Below, piece after piece: positions 44,801-53,728 of a DNA stretch of 64,000 bases. The first letter of the stretch is position 1. Each line of letters starts with the position of its first letter. The notes under the pieces are model-generated. The model worked only from the letters and a program-made list of their open reading frames with translations. It was not told the origin of the DNA and did no database searches. Origin of the DNA: Hyalangium minutum (GTDB lineage: Bacteria > Myxococcota > Myxococcia > Myxococcales > Myxococcaceae); NCBI RefSeq assembly GCF_000737315.1, contig NZ_JMCB01000017.1:183666-247665 (forward strand), written 5' to 3'. The position numbers and the translations under genes were made by a program.

Positions 44801-45640
44801 GCCCGTTACCGTGAGGCGCGTCCACACATGCCCCGACGCGGGCCGCTCCAGCAGCCCCGCCTCCTTCAGCGTCCGCAGCGGGAGGAACACCTGCGCATCC
44901 AGCGCGAGCACCGGCTGGCACAGGGACTCCACACGGCCCGAAGCGCTCACCGTCGCATCGTCCAGCGCCACCTCAGCGCGGTTGAGCTGCAGCAGCTGCT
45001 CGTCCACGTCCAAGCCGCCGCTGAGCACCAGCCGCCCCAGCAGCAGCTCACCACCGCTGGGCCCCAGCACCACCACACCGCGACGGGCCTCCACGTCGAA
45101 CTCGGAGACGCCCCAGCGCTCCTTCCACCCCACGTCCAGATCCGACACTTCGATGCGCCGTCCGTTGGGCAGAGCCACTCGCACCTGCGCGCCGGTGAGC
45201 GCCAGCCGGGAGATCTTCAGCCGCTCCAGTGGCTTCAGCGGGCACGGAGCCGGCTCGCCTGGCTTGGCGTTCGCGGACGGCTGGGACAGATCCAGCGCCA
45301 CACGAGGCCGCTGCACGCGCAGCAGATCCAGCGCCACCTTGCCGGAGAAGGGCCGCGTCAGCCCGAGTTGGACCTCGGCGAGATCCGCGGCCAGCAGCGG
45401 CGTGTCCGTGCCAGGCGCGAACAGCGAGAGTCCTCGGATGATGACCTTCTGCCCCAGCGGATCCAGCTCACACTGGCCGATGCCCACATCCAGGCCGATG
45501 AGGTCCGGCAGGTTGCGCCGCGCGAGCGTGCAAGCCGTCTCCCAGGCCACGGACGTACGAAGGGCGAAGATCGCCCCCACGATGAGGAGAGCAATCACCA
45601 GCAGCGCCCAACGCGCGCCCTGACGGCTGTTCGTGGCCAA
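41726..45640 (-). CDS. tamB: TamB-like translocation/assembly protein
   Basis: N-terminal anchor, long beta-rich body, DUF490-like end (FSSEPSL...SLL...LSWEVE); adjacent to an Omp85 gene. Confidence 0.82.
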   Translation of the reverse strand: MATNSRQGARWALLVIALLIVGAIFALRTSVAWETACTLARRNLPDLIGLDVGIGQCELDPLGQKVIIRGLSLFAPGTDTPLLAADLAEVQLGLTRPFSGKVALDLLRVQRPRVALDLSQPSANAKPGEPAPCPLKPLERLKISRLALTGAQVRVALPNGRRIEVSDLDVGWKERWGVSEFDVEARRGVVVLGPSGGELLLGRLVLSGGLDVDEQLLQLNRAEVALDDATVSASGRVESLCQPVLALDAQVFLPLRTLKEAGLLERPASGHVWTRLTVTGRPLAPSVSVEVSANNLAYDRYGPTSLTAQLHYQGERVKVEKLTVPVGNGRAEVSGTVRLAPGLPVELDVKTYDASFGRILAQSGVKGSWVDFPATVTGRLTGTILPRPQLSGEADLRTGHFVLATRAYDAPEQKGLTLLEFDRGRVQATLKILSDRVTIDGQVESGRSRMNTDVTLFYDPARGLDVRADGDLELSDFGAVAGLPWAGRGTANLTVAGPYVDVKVDSNVSFRDFTFWGLGMGVVQGKATYEDLVLSFPTITGQKGRTQYFGKAALTFGKSLHAKAEVNVPQGRTEDLIDVIAGLHPNIAVMQGTIAGLASGRVEIDSPVDRFEGLVAFDFKNTTYYGRRMGDGSSRLRFVDGKEMVLERTTLEGPLGKSWVEGTFTFAGGLDYRFGGENLSLAEAIGPELATRMGMEGTLTLEGTVSGNSTLPIVEGTLKGPRVTFADRDLGAMHLVGKMTGRDFEVSGQLFKDANGFLTMKVREPFPYELSVALELPEIRPLLPANAVTQGMSGSLKGTLSAQGNIRNYEAVQVTAFVDQLSLARGIFRGQNEGPISLSYMGGRLNVEPFTFRGPDLEVSGAGWMGPRALDLNVRGGMDLRVAESLLPEVERTGGRVEFQGQASGNLDKPSLVGEASVSDLRVSARGRPVTLRAVSGLATFTEQGVLLKGFRGLLNEGRATASGEITLKNFSPDKISLAAELEDVTYRYSDDLPITASGGLQLTGTPDALLLAGDVDLLRLRYQKGLELDSMLKNLGRRTASVLPTTADKAPEFLTYDVRVHLKDVRVDNNLARARLLGDLRLTGTNVRPGVLGRVEAEEGSQAFFRNNQFTITQAEVELRDRYGIDLVFDVRGQTQVREYTLKVHAFGRPADPQVLFSSEPSLAEGDVVSLLTLGVTSTDKDTAASASAGLAAEALFNVSGLDKQVKRFLPSNPVLRDLSFQISTTYNDATRQAEPTAQLESKILSDQLKIGMTQPVSGRGTRARAEYRFDNRLSAQAQWDNENSEASFGNLGLELKLSWEVE

Positions 45641-45645
45641 TGCCG

Positions 45646-46587
45646 CTACAGCTTACCGAGCCCTTCGAGGTAGCGGTCGATCTCCGCCAAGTCGATCTTC
45701 GAGCCGGCTGGCCGGCTGCTGGGCGAGGGAGCAGGCTGGGTCGGTGCGCCCGCCTCGGGGGGCAACGCCGAGCCCACCAGGCCCAGGTTGTCCGCCACGC
45801 GACGGATGAGTTCCTCGCCGATGGACTCGTGGCGGGACAGAAACGCCTCGAAGAGGGCGTTGTCGCACAGGGTGTTGATGACGCGCGGGGTACCGCCCGA
45901 GGCCTTGTGGATGGCCAGCAGCGCCTCGGACGTGAACGGCAGCCGGGGCGAGCCCGCCAGCCGCAGGCGGTGCTTCACGTAGGCCTCGGTGGACTCGGCG
46001 GTGAAGGGTTCGAGCTTGTACCGGAAGGCCACGCGCTGGGCGAGCGGCGGGTCCAGCTTGAGGTTCTTCTCGATCTCCGGCAGCCCGAAGAACACGAAGG
46101 AGATGAGCTTGCGCTCCGGGACCTCCAAGTTCAGCAGGCCGCGGAACTCCTCCATCAGCTCGCGCGTCTCCAGCATCTGGGCCTCGTCGATGAGGACGAC
46201 GGCCTTCTTACCGGACTCATAAATCTGAAGGAGCCGCTGGTAGAGCTGGGACAGCAGGGCCAGCTTCTCCTGGGCCGGGTTCTCCACGCCCAGCTGCAGG
46301 GCGATGCGGCGCAGCAGCCAGTTGGCGGTAATACCCGAGTGGATGATGACGAGCAGGGCCGCCTCGTACTCGGACTCGGGCAGCGAATCGAGCATGCGCC
46401 GGGCCAGCGTCGTCTTCCCCGCGCCAATGTCGCCCACGAGGATGGACAGGCCCTTCATGTACCCCACGGCGTGCATCAGCCGCGTCAGCGCCTGCGAATG
46501 CTGCGTGGAGTTGTAATAAAACCGGCTGACTGGAGCGTTGGAGAAAGGCTCCGTGGTGAGCTCGAAAAAGTCGAGATAGGTCGTCAT
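45646..46587 (-). CDS. ExeA/GspA-like AAA ATPase
   Basis: FELTTEPFS, GDIGAGKTT, LIDEAQ, GTPRVINTLCDNAL. Confidence 0.9.
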   Translation of the reverse strand: MTTYLDFFELTTEPFSNAPVSRFYYNSTQHSQALTRLMHAVGYMKGLSILVGDIGAGKTTLARRMLDSLPESEYEAALLVIIHSGITANWLLRRIALQLGVENPAQEKLALLSQLYQRLLQIYESGKKAVVLIDEAQMLETRELMEEFRGLLNLEVPERKLISFVFFGLPEIEKNLKLDPPLAQRVAFRYKLEPFTAESTEAYVKHRLRLAGSPRLPFTSEALLAIHKASGGTPRVINTLCDNALFEAFLSRHESIGEELIRRVADNLGLVGSALPPEAGAPTQPAPSPSSRPAGSKIDLAEIDRYLEGLGKL

Positions 46588-46605
46588 GGGCTCGCCGGAC
46601 GTGGA

Positions 46606-49600
46606 CTAGACGTAGCCTACCTTGCGGGCCTTCGGAGCGCCCGCGTTAGCTGCGGCCGCAGGAGGAGTTCCTCCGCCCCCGGGAGGCTTGCCCTTCGGGC
46701 CCGCCGTGGCGATGGGGTCGTCCTCGGGGGAAACCTCGGCGGACAGCCGCGCCACCTGGGAGGAGACGTCCCGGTACTTGGGGTCGAGCTTGGCCACCCG
46801 CTGGTAGTGGTAGAGCGCCTTGCCGTTCTCGCCCATGCCCTCGTAGGCCGCCGCCAGCTCGAACCCCAGCGCCTTGGCCACCTCGTCCTTGGCATGCTCG
46901 CTGGCCAGGCCCTCCTTGAAGACCTTGACGGCCTCGGCGTGCTCGCCGCGCATGCCATGGAGCATGCCTGTCATGGTGATGCAGTCCAGCTCGCGCTTGG
47001 TGCCCATGCACCCCTTGCGCGCCACGGCGAACTCGCCCAGCGCGTCGTCGGTGAGGCCCATCTCCTTGTAGGCGATGCCCAGGTCGTAGTGCGTGTCCAC
47101 GTCCTCGGGCTTGACGACCTTTTCAAGGCCCTTCTTGAACTCGGCGAAGACCTCCTCCACCGAGTACTGGAAGTCGTCCTCGCCCGAGGAGGGAGCCGGA
47201 GAGGAGTCCGCCAGCCCATCGAGATCCCCGGCCAGCTCCGCCGCGAGGTCGAACGCATCGCGCTCGGCGGGAGCATCCATCGGATCCACGGCGGGCACCT
47301 GCATCGTCGAGGTGTCGGTCTCCTCCGTGGTGGGCGCGGCGTCGCCTCCGGACTCCATCTGCTCCAGGCGCGCCATCAGCTCGGCGGCGCGCTGGTGGCC
47401 CGGGAAGGCGATCATCACGGTCTCGAGGATCTCGCGCGCTTCCTCGGTCAGGCCCTGGTCGAGGAAGAAGCTGGCCTCGTCGCACTCCTCGGAGGCGGGC
47501 TCCTCTTCCGCGGCGGCCGGCGTCTCTTCGGTCTGAGAGGCGGCCTCGGGCTCAGAGTACTCCGAGGCCATGGGCTCGTCCGCGGGAGGCTCCACGGCCA
47601 GCACGGCGCCGACCATGGTGGCGTCCTCGGCCTCGTAAGCCGGGTGGCCCGCGGAGGTGGTCTCCGTCTCGAAGGTCTCCTCGACGGGGCTCCTGCCCAC
47701 GCGCGTGGGCACCCCCTCGTCGTCGCCCAGCGCGGTCCCCGCCTCCATCGAGTCGTCCTGCTGGAGCAGGTGCGCCGCGGGCATCCCCGGGCGCGTGGGC
47801 GGCGCATCGTCATCCCCGAGCGCCATGCTCTCATCGCCATCGGCGATGGGCTCGTCCCCGACGGTAACGCCGGGCTCGTCCACCATGTACTCGGCGGACT
47901 GCGCCTCGAAGGACATTTCCTCATCGCCCGACCCGGCGACGAGCGGCTCGTCCAGGATGTTGGTGGACGTCGTCTCGTCGGCGGCCACCAGGGCCTCGTC
48001 GCCCCCGACGTCCAACGAAGTCCCATCGTCCGCGCCAAAGGCATCGCTCTCGCCGGAGACAATCGTCTCGCCGACCAGCGCCTCGTCGCTGATCACCGAC
48101 TCCGAGGGGCCGTCATCGACGATCTCGTCGGAGTCCTGCGAGCCGATCGCGGCCAGCGCCAGATCATCCCCGGTTGGCTGAGCGAGCGCGTCCTCGGGCG
48201 CCTCGGCGACGACGATCTCCTCGTCATTGGACTCGACGAGGATGGCATCCTCCTCCAGCGACTCCACCTGGGCGGCCGCAGGGGCGGCCTGCTCCACGCG
48301 CAGCACGGCAAGGAACGCGGGAACCTCGGGGTGGTTGGGGTTCTGCTGGAGGATGGCGGCCAGGTACGGCTGGGCGCGAGCCGCGTCCGAGCGACGGGTG
48401 CACAGCCGGAGCACGTTGAGCAACTGCTCGCTGGCCTGCACCGTGTTCCCGGCGGAGACGTAGATGTTGTAGGCCTTCTCGTGCGCGTCGAGGTTCTCCG
48501 GATCGACGGCGAAGATCTTCCGCAGGTGCTCCAGCGCTTTGTCGTGGAGGCCGTACTTGACGTAGACGTCTGTCTCCGTGAGCAGCTTGGAGAGCTGCTC
48601 GCGCGTGAGCGGCCCCACCGGCAGCGGCGTCATGACCGCCGGACGAGTAGCGGGAGCCGGCGCTGGGGCAGGAGCCGGTGCGGGAGCGGGCCGCGTGGGC
48701 GCAGGAGCGGTACGAACGGGAGCCGGAGCGGGCTCGGGAGCCGGAGCAGGCCGAGCGGGCGCGGCGCGAGCCGGCGCAGGCGCGGGTTCTGGAGCCGGAG
48801 CCGGGCGAGTGGGCGCGGGGCGAGCCGGAGCACGGGCCGGAGCGGCGGAAGCCTTGCGCGCGAGCAGATCCTCGTCTGTCGGATCCACCTCGGCGATCTT
48901 GTCCCAGACGCCGTTGGCCTCGTGGGTGCGGCCGGAGTCCTGGTAGACCTTGGCGAGCTCCTTGTAGACGGAGACAGTCTTCGCGGTCTGCCCCAGCCCC
49001 TGGAACGCCTGGGCCAGCATGCTCAGCGTCTCGACGTCCCGGCCATCGGCCTTGAAGGCCACCTGGAGCCGGGCCAGGGCGCGCTTCTGATCGCCCTTCT
49101 CCAGGTACATCTTGGCCAGCTCCTTGGCCAAGCCAATGTTCTCAGGCTCGAGCGCGGACAGGCGCTCGGCCACACGCACGTAGTCATCCGTGCGGGCGTT
49201 CTTCTTGAGGTAATCGGCAGCGCGCTTGAACTCGGCGACGGCCTCCTTGGTGAGGCCCTCCTTCGCGTACAGCTCGCCCAGCTTGATCTTCGACGCCACG
49301 TTCTCGGGGTCGAGGTCGACCATCCGCTTGAGCGTGTCGAGCAGCCGCCGGGTATCGCCCGCCTTGTCGTAGTGGTTGGCGACGATCTGGAAGTACGCCA
49401 TCGCCTCGGACATCAGCCCGAGCTGCTGGTGGAGCTCCGCCAGCTTCAGGTTCACGTCCAGCAGCTCCGGGTTGAGCTTGAGGACCTGCTTGTAGAGCGC
49501 GACGGCCTTCAGGAAGAAGCCGTCCGAGGAGTAGCTCTCAGCGACCTTGGTGAAGTAGTGGGCGGCCTGGCCGTTGTCGTTCTTCTTGACGTACAGCTCG

Positions 49601-49731
49601 CCCATCTTCTGGAGGACGCGAATGTCCTTGGCGTCCACCTCGAGGACCTTCTGGTACTCCTTGATGGCCTTGTCGTAGGCGCCCTTCGCGACGAGCTTCG
49701 CGGCGGCTTCGATGATCTTGTTCTTGTCCAT
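46606..49731 (-). CDS. sgmX: SgmX-like TPR protein (MglA effector for type IV pili)
   Basis: N-terminal TPR array (MDKNKIIEAAAKL...), acidic linker, C-terminal TPRs (DTHYDLGIAYKEMGL); synteny with tamAB, exeA, accBC. Confidence 0.82.
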   Translation of the reverse strand: MDKNKIIEAAAKLVAKGAYDKAIKEYQKVLEVDAKDIRVLQKMGELYVKKNDNGQAAHYFTKVAESYSSDGFFLKAVALYKQVLKLNPELLDVNLKLAELHQQLGLMSEAMAYFQIVANHYDKAGDTRRLLDTLKRMVDLDPENVASKIKLGELYAKEGLTKEAVAEFKRAADYLKKNARTDDYVRVAERLSALEPENIGLAKELAKMYLEKGDQKRALARLQVAFKADGRDVETLSMLAQAFQGLGQTAKTVSVYKELAKVYQDSGRTHEANGVWDKIAEVDPTDEDLLARKASAAPARAPARPAPTRPAPAPEPAPAPARAAPARPAPAPEPAPAPVRTAPAPTRPAPAPAPAPAPAPATRPAVMTPLPVGPLTREQLSKLLTETDVYVKYGLHDKALEHLRKIFAVDPENLDAHEKAYNIYVSAGNTVQASEQLLNVLRLCTRRSDAARAQPYLAAILQQNPNHPEVPAFLAVLRVEQAAPAAAQVESLEEDAILVESNDEEIVVAEAPEDALAQPTGDDLALAAIGSQDSDEIVDDGPSESVISDEALVGETIVSGESDAFGADDGTSLDVGGDEALVAADETTSTNILDEPLVAGSGDEEMSFEAQSAEYMVDEPGVTVGDEPIADGDESMALGDDDAPPTRPGMPAAHLLQQDDSMEAGTALGDDEGVPTRVGRSPVEETFETETTSAGHPAYEAEDATMVGAVLAVEPPADEPMASEYSEPEAASQTEETPAAAEEEPASEECDEASFFLDQGLTEEAREILETVMIAFPGHQRAAELMARLEQMESGGDAAPTTEETDTSTMQVPAVDPMDAPAERDAFDLAAELAGDLDGLADSSPAPSSGEDDFQYSVEEVFAEFKKGLEKVVKPEDVDTHYDLGIAYKEMGLTDDALGEFAVARKGCMGTKRELDCITMTGMLHGMRGEHAEAVKVFKEGLASEHAKDEVAKALGFELAAAYEGMGENGKALYHYQRVAKLDPKYRDVSSQVARLSAEVSPEDDPIATAGPKGKPPGGGGTPPAAAANAGAPKARKVGYV
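48640..48845 (-). repeat. Pro/Ala PAPAR-type linker repeats in SgmX
   Basis: PARPAPTRPAPAPEPAPAPARAAPARPAPAPEPAPAP... Confidence 0.85.
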
Positions 49732-49856
49732 CGAGCAGGGCTTCCGGCCGGTCTAACCCCTCGGAACTTCTTGGGGTTTCCTGCGTCCTTTGGCAACGGC
49801 GAGGGAAACCCGAGGCTATCGGAAGAGGCTCTCGCGGGTCAAGAAATCGCCGGGTC

Positions 49857-49878
49857 CCCCCTGAGGCGGATCAGGGGG
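49857..49878 (-). terminator. Hairpin after accC (possible terminator/processing site)
   Basis: 8-bp stem CCCCCTGA/TCAGGGGG, 6-nt loop; no U tract on the minus strand. Confidence 0.3.
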
Positions 49879-49907
49879 TTGCGTGAACAGTCAGCAAGCA
49901 ACCAGGC

Positions 49908-51293
<1,386 letters not shown>

Positions 51294-51345
51294 GCCCAGC
51301 CTCCTCGCGCCGCCGGGGCCGGCACGAGGCCGGCCCACACGCGGA

Positions 51346-51939
51346 CTATGCCGGCTCGATGCGGAAGAGCGCCTGGCCGAACTCCACCGGCTGCCCGTTC
51401 TCCACCAGGATCTCGGTCACACGCCCTGCCATCTCGGCCTCGATCTCGTTCATCAGCTTCATGGCCTCGACGATGCAGAGCACCTGACCCTTCTTCACCA
51501 CCGAGCCCACCTCCGCGAAGGGAGGCTGGTCCGGGGCGGGCGTCCGGTAGAACGTCCCCACGAACGGGCTCGTCATCAGCTGGCCGGGCTTCTCCGCCGG
51601 CTTGGCCGGAGCGGCGGCCGCGGGGGCCGAAACCGGAGCCGACGGCCGAGCCGGAGCCGGGGCCGCGTACTCCATCGGCAGCGGAGCCACTGGGCTCACC
51701 GACGGAGTCACTGGCGCCGCGTGGTGAACAATGGTGGGCGCGGGGCCATGGCCGCGGCGGATGTAGAGCCGCTCATCGCCCTTCTGCCACACCAGCCGCG
51801 TCACATCCGACGCCTCGAGCATCTCCACGATCTGCCGGAGCGCGTCCACGTCCAAGGAAGTCGCCCCGGGTGCGCGGTCACTGCCACTGGCCGGCGTGGG
51901 CTCGGTCTCGCCCCGCGTTGCTTTGCGCTTCGTCGCCAT
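51346..51939 (-). CDS. accB: Biotin carboxyl carrier protein
   Basis: [18 protein letters not shown]. Confidence 0.96.
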   Translation of the reverse strand: MATKRKATRGETEPTPASGSDRAPGATSLDVDALRQIVEMLEASDVTRLVWQKGDERLYIRRGHGPAPTIVHHAAPVTPSVSPVAPLPMEYAAPAPARPSAPVSAPAAAAPAKPAEKPGQLMTSPFVGTFYRTPAPDQPPFAEVGSVVKKGQVLCIVEAMKLMNEIEAEMAGRVTEILVENGQPVEFGQALFRIEPA

Positions 51940-51969
51940 CTGTCCCCTCCGCCCAGGCTTGGGCCTGGA

Positions 51970-52548
51970 CTAGCCCCCGGTGGCCACGCGCGTGAGATAC
52001 TTGCCGTCGCGCGTATCGATCTTCAGCACATCCCCCTCGTTGATGAAGAGCGGGACGTTGACGGTGTAGCCGGTCTCCATCGTCGCGGGCTTCATCGCGC
52101 CGGACACGGTGTCGCCACGCACGCCCGGATCGCACTTGGTGACCTTGAGGTCCACCGAGTTGGGCAGCGTCACGCCAATGGCCTTGCCGTTGTAGAAGAG
52201 CACCGAAACGTTGATGTTCTCCTTGAGGAAGTTCTTGGCCTCTCCGAGCACCTTCTCACCAAGGAAGGTCTGCTCGTAGTTCTTCGTGTCCATGAAGTAA
52301 TAGTCGCCGCCCTGGAGATACAAGAACTGCATGTCCTTGTCCTCGATGTCAGGCCTGCCCACCTTCTCGCCCGACTTGAACGTGGGCTCGAGGTTGCGGC
52401 CGGTGATCAAGCTGCGGATGGTGGTCCGCGTGAACGCGGAGCCCTTGCCGGGCTTCACGTGCTGGAACTCGAGGATCTCGAACGGCTCCCCGTCGATCTC
52501 GATCTTGAGTCCCTTGCGGAAATCGGAGGTATCAATGACACCGGCCAT
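51970..52548 (-). CDS. efp: Elongation factor P
   Basis: HVKPGKGSAF, PGVRGDT, VPLFI, DTRDG. Confidence 0.97.
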   Translation of the reverse strand: MAGVIDTSDFRKGLKIEIDGEPFEILEFQHVKPGKGSAFTRTTIRSLITGRNLEPTFKSGEKVGRPDIEDKDMQFLYLQGGDYYFMDTKNYEQTFLGEKVLGEAKNFLKENINVSVLFYNGKAIGVTLPNSVDLKVTKCDPGVRGDTVSGAMKPATMETGYTVNVPLFINEGDVLKIDTRDGKYLTRVATGG

Positions 52549-52654
52549 GGAAACAGCTCCTTCGGACTGCTGAAAAAGTCCGAGGTGTCTAGCCGATGCG
52601 CCCCCCTCTGGAAAGGGGAAAGCGGTGGGGCGGCGCGTCGACTGCCAGCCTGCC

Positions 52655-53017
52655 CTACAGTTCAGCGCGGACCTTCGGCGCGGTGACCCGCAGCACGTAC
52701 CGGCCCTTGCCGTAGTTGCCCTCAGCCCTCAGGGCGAGGACGAGGAAGTACTCCGGGGACACCATGCGGATGATGGTCAACACCTTCTCGCTGTTGACAC
52801 TCAGCTCCTGCACGGCGCCCGTCTTCAGGACATCCGCAGCGTTCTTCAGCTGGGTGAGCAGGTTGGCATACTCGACCCAGGCGCCGTTGAGCTCGAGCTC
52901 CCCTGCCTCGTCCTTCTGAAAAGTTTCCACGGAGATGCCGTCGAAGCCCATCACGCTGCAGGCGAGGGCTCCGTCGACCTGATTGACCACCGACTCCAGG
53001 TGTGCGCGGAAGGACAT
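52655..53017 (-). CDS. mglC: MglC-like roadblock/LC7 protein
   Basis: 120 aa roadblock fold (VMGFDGISV, GNYGKGRY); located between efp and the pil cluster as recalled for MXAN_5770. Confidence 0.82.
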   Translation of the reverse strand: MSFRAHLESVVNQVDGALACSVMGFDGISVETFQKDEAGELELNGAWVEYANLLTQLKNAADVLKTGAVQELSVNSEKVLTIIRMVSPEYFLVLALRAEGNYGKGRYVLRVTAPKVRAEL

Positions 53018-53026
53018 GGCGGGGTG

Positions 53027-53055
53027 CGCTTAAGCAAAGACGCGGGGTCCGTCAA
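53027..53055 (-). promoter_or_regulatory. Possible sigma70-type promoter for mglC
   Basis: TTGACG-N17-TAAGCG ending 9 nt before the ATG; weak -10. Confidence 0.25.
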
Positions 53056-53696
53056 CCCCCAGCAGGGACACAGTTGAAGGTATTAAAGAAGAGGTCCTGT
53101 CCCGGATAGCCGCAGGGAGCGCCCTCCGGGTCAGCCTGGACGGGGACGGAGCCTGCCTCACACCCGCGGTCGCGTGTAATGTCGATGGGATAGGTGACCT
53201 CATTGGTCTCCACCTGCTTGCCCGAGGGCAGCTTGCCCTTGAGCTTCACGGTGGCCAGCACCGTCATGAAATCCGGGGCGGTGGGCACGGCGGTATCCAG
53301 CTTCTTGCGCGCCTCGGAGCCGATCAGGTTCACCTGGATGTAGGACTCCGACGCATCCGCGCCCGCCGGTACCGCGAAGTAGATCGGCGTGCTCTCGTCA
53401 GAGAGGGAGACCTTCGGGTTCTTCGTCTCGTAGCTGAGGAGAACCTCCTCGGCGTAGAAGCCGACGGGGTTCGCGGTGCCACCGGTCGCCGTCTCCAGCG
53501 GGGAGAAGAGCGTGAAGGCCATCCGGTACGAGGTGCCCGCGTTGAAGTTCAGCGTCCCCTTGATGAGGGACACGCTCCCCAGGTCGCAGTTCTCCGGCGA
53601 GAGGGGGATGGCGCTGACCAGCTGGACCGGGTTGTTGCCCTCGACGCAGGCCGTCACACTGGCCGCGAGGATCGCGGCGAACCACAAGCGCTTCAT
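53052..53696 (-). CDS. Lipoprotein downstream of pilQ
   Basis: MKRLWFAAILAASVTAC lipobox; alternative starts at 53729/53732 overlap the pilQ stop. Confidence 0.75.
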   Translation of the reverse strand: MKRLWFAAILAASVTACVEGNNPVQLVSAIPLSPENCDLGSVSLIKGTLNFNAGTSYRMAFTLFSPLETATGGTANPVGFYAEEVLLSYETKNPKVSLSDESTPIYFAVPAGADASESYIQVNLIGSEARKKLDTAVPTAPDFMTVLATVKLKGKLPSGKQVETNEVTYPIDITRDRGCEAGSVPVQADPEGAPCGYPGQDLFFNTFNCVPAGG

Positions 53697-53728
53697 GAGC
53701 TTGGACTCCATTCCAGACAGGCCCTGCA

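Noticed and set aside
48640-48845. Tandem repeats as a CRISPR-like array (also 16385-16683 and 2053-2241)
   Set aside because: All are in-frame coding low-complexity repeats without unique spacers; no cas genes.
49741-49830. c-di-GMP-I (GEMM) riboswitch upstream of sgmX, suggested by GGACGCA
   Set aside because: The other consensus elements (GGCAAACC/GNRA tetraloop, P3 receptor) are not in the right order; kept only as a generic structured leader.
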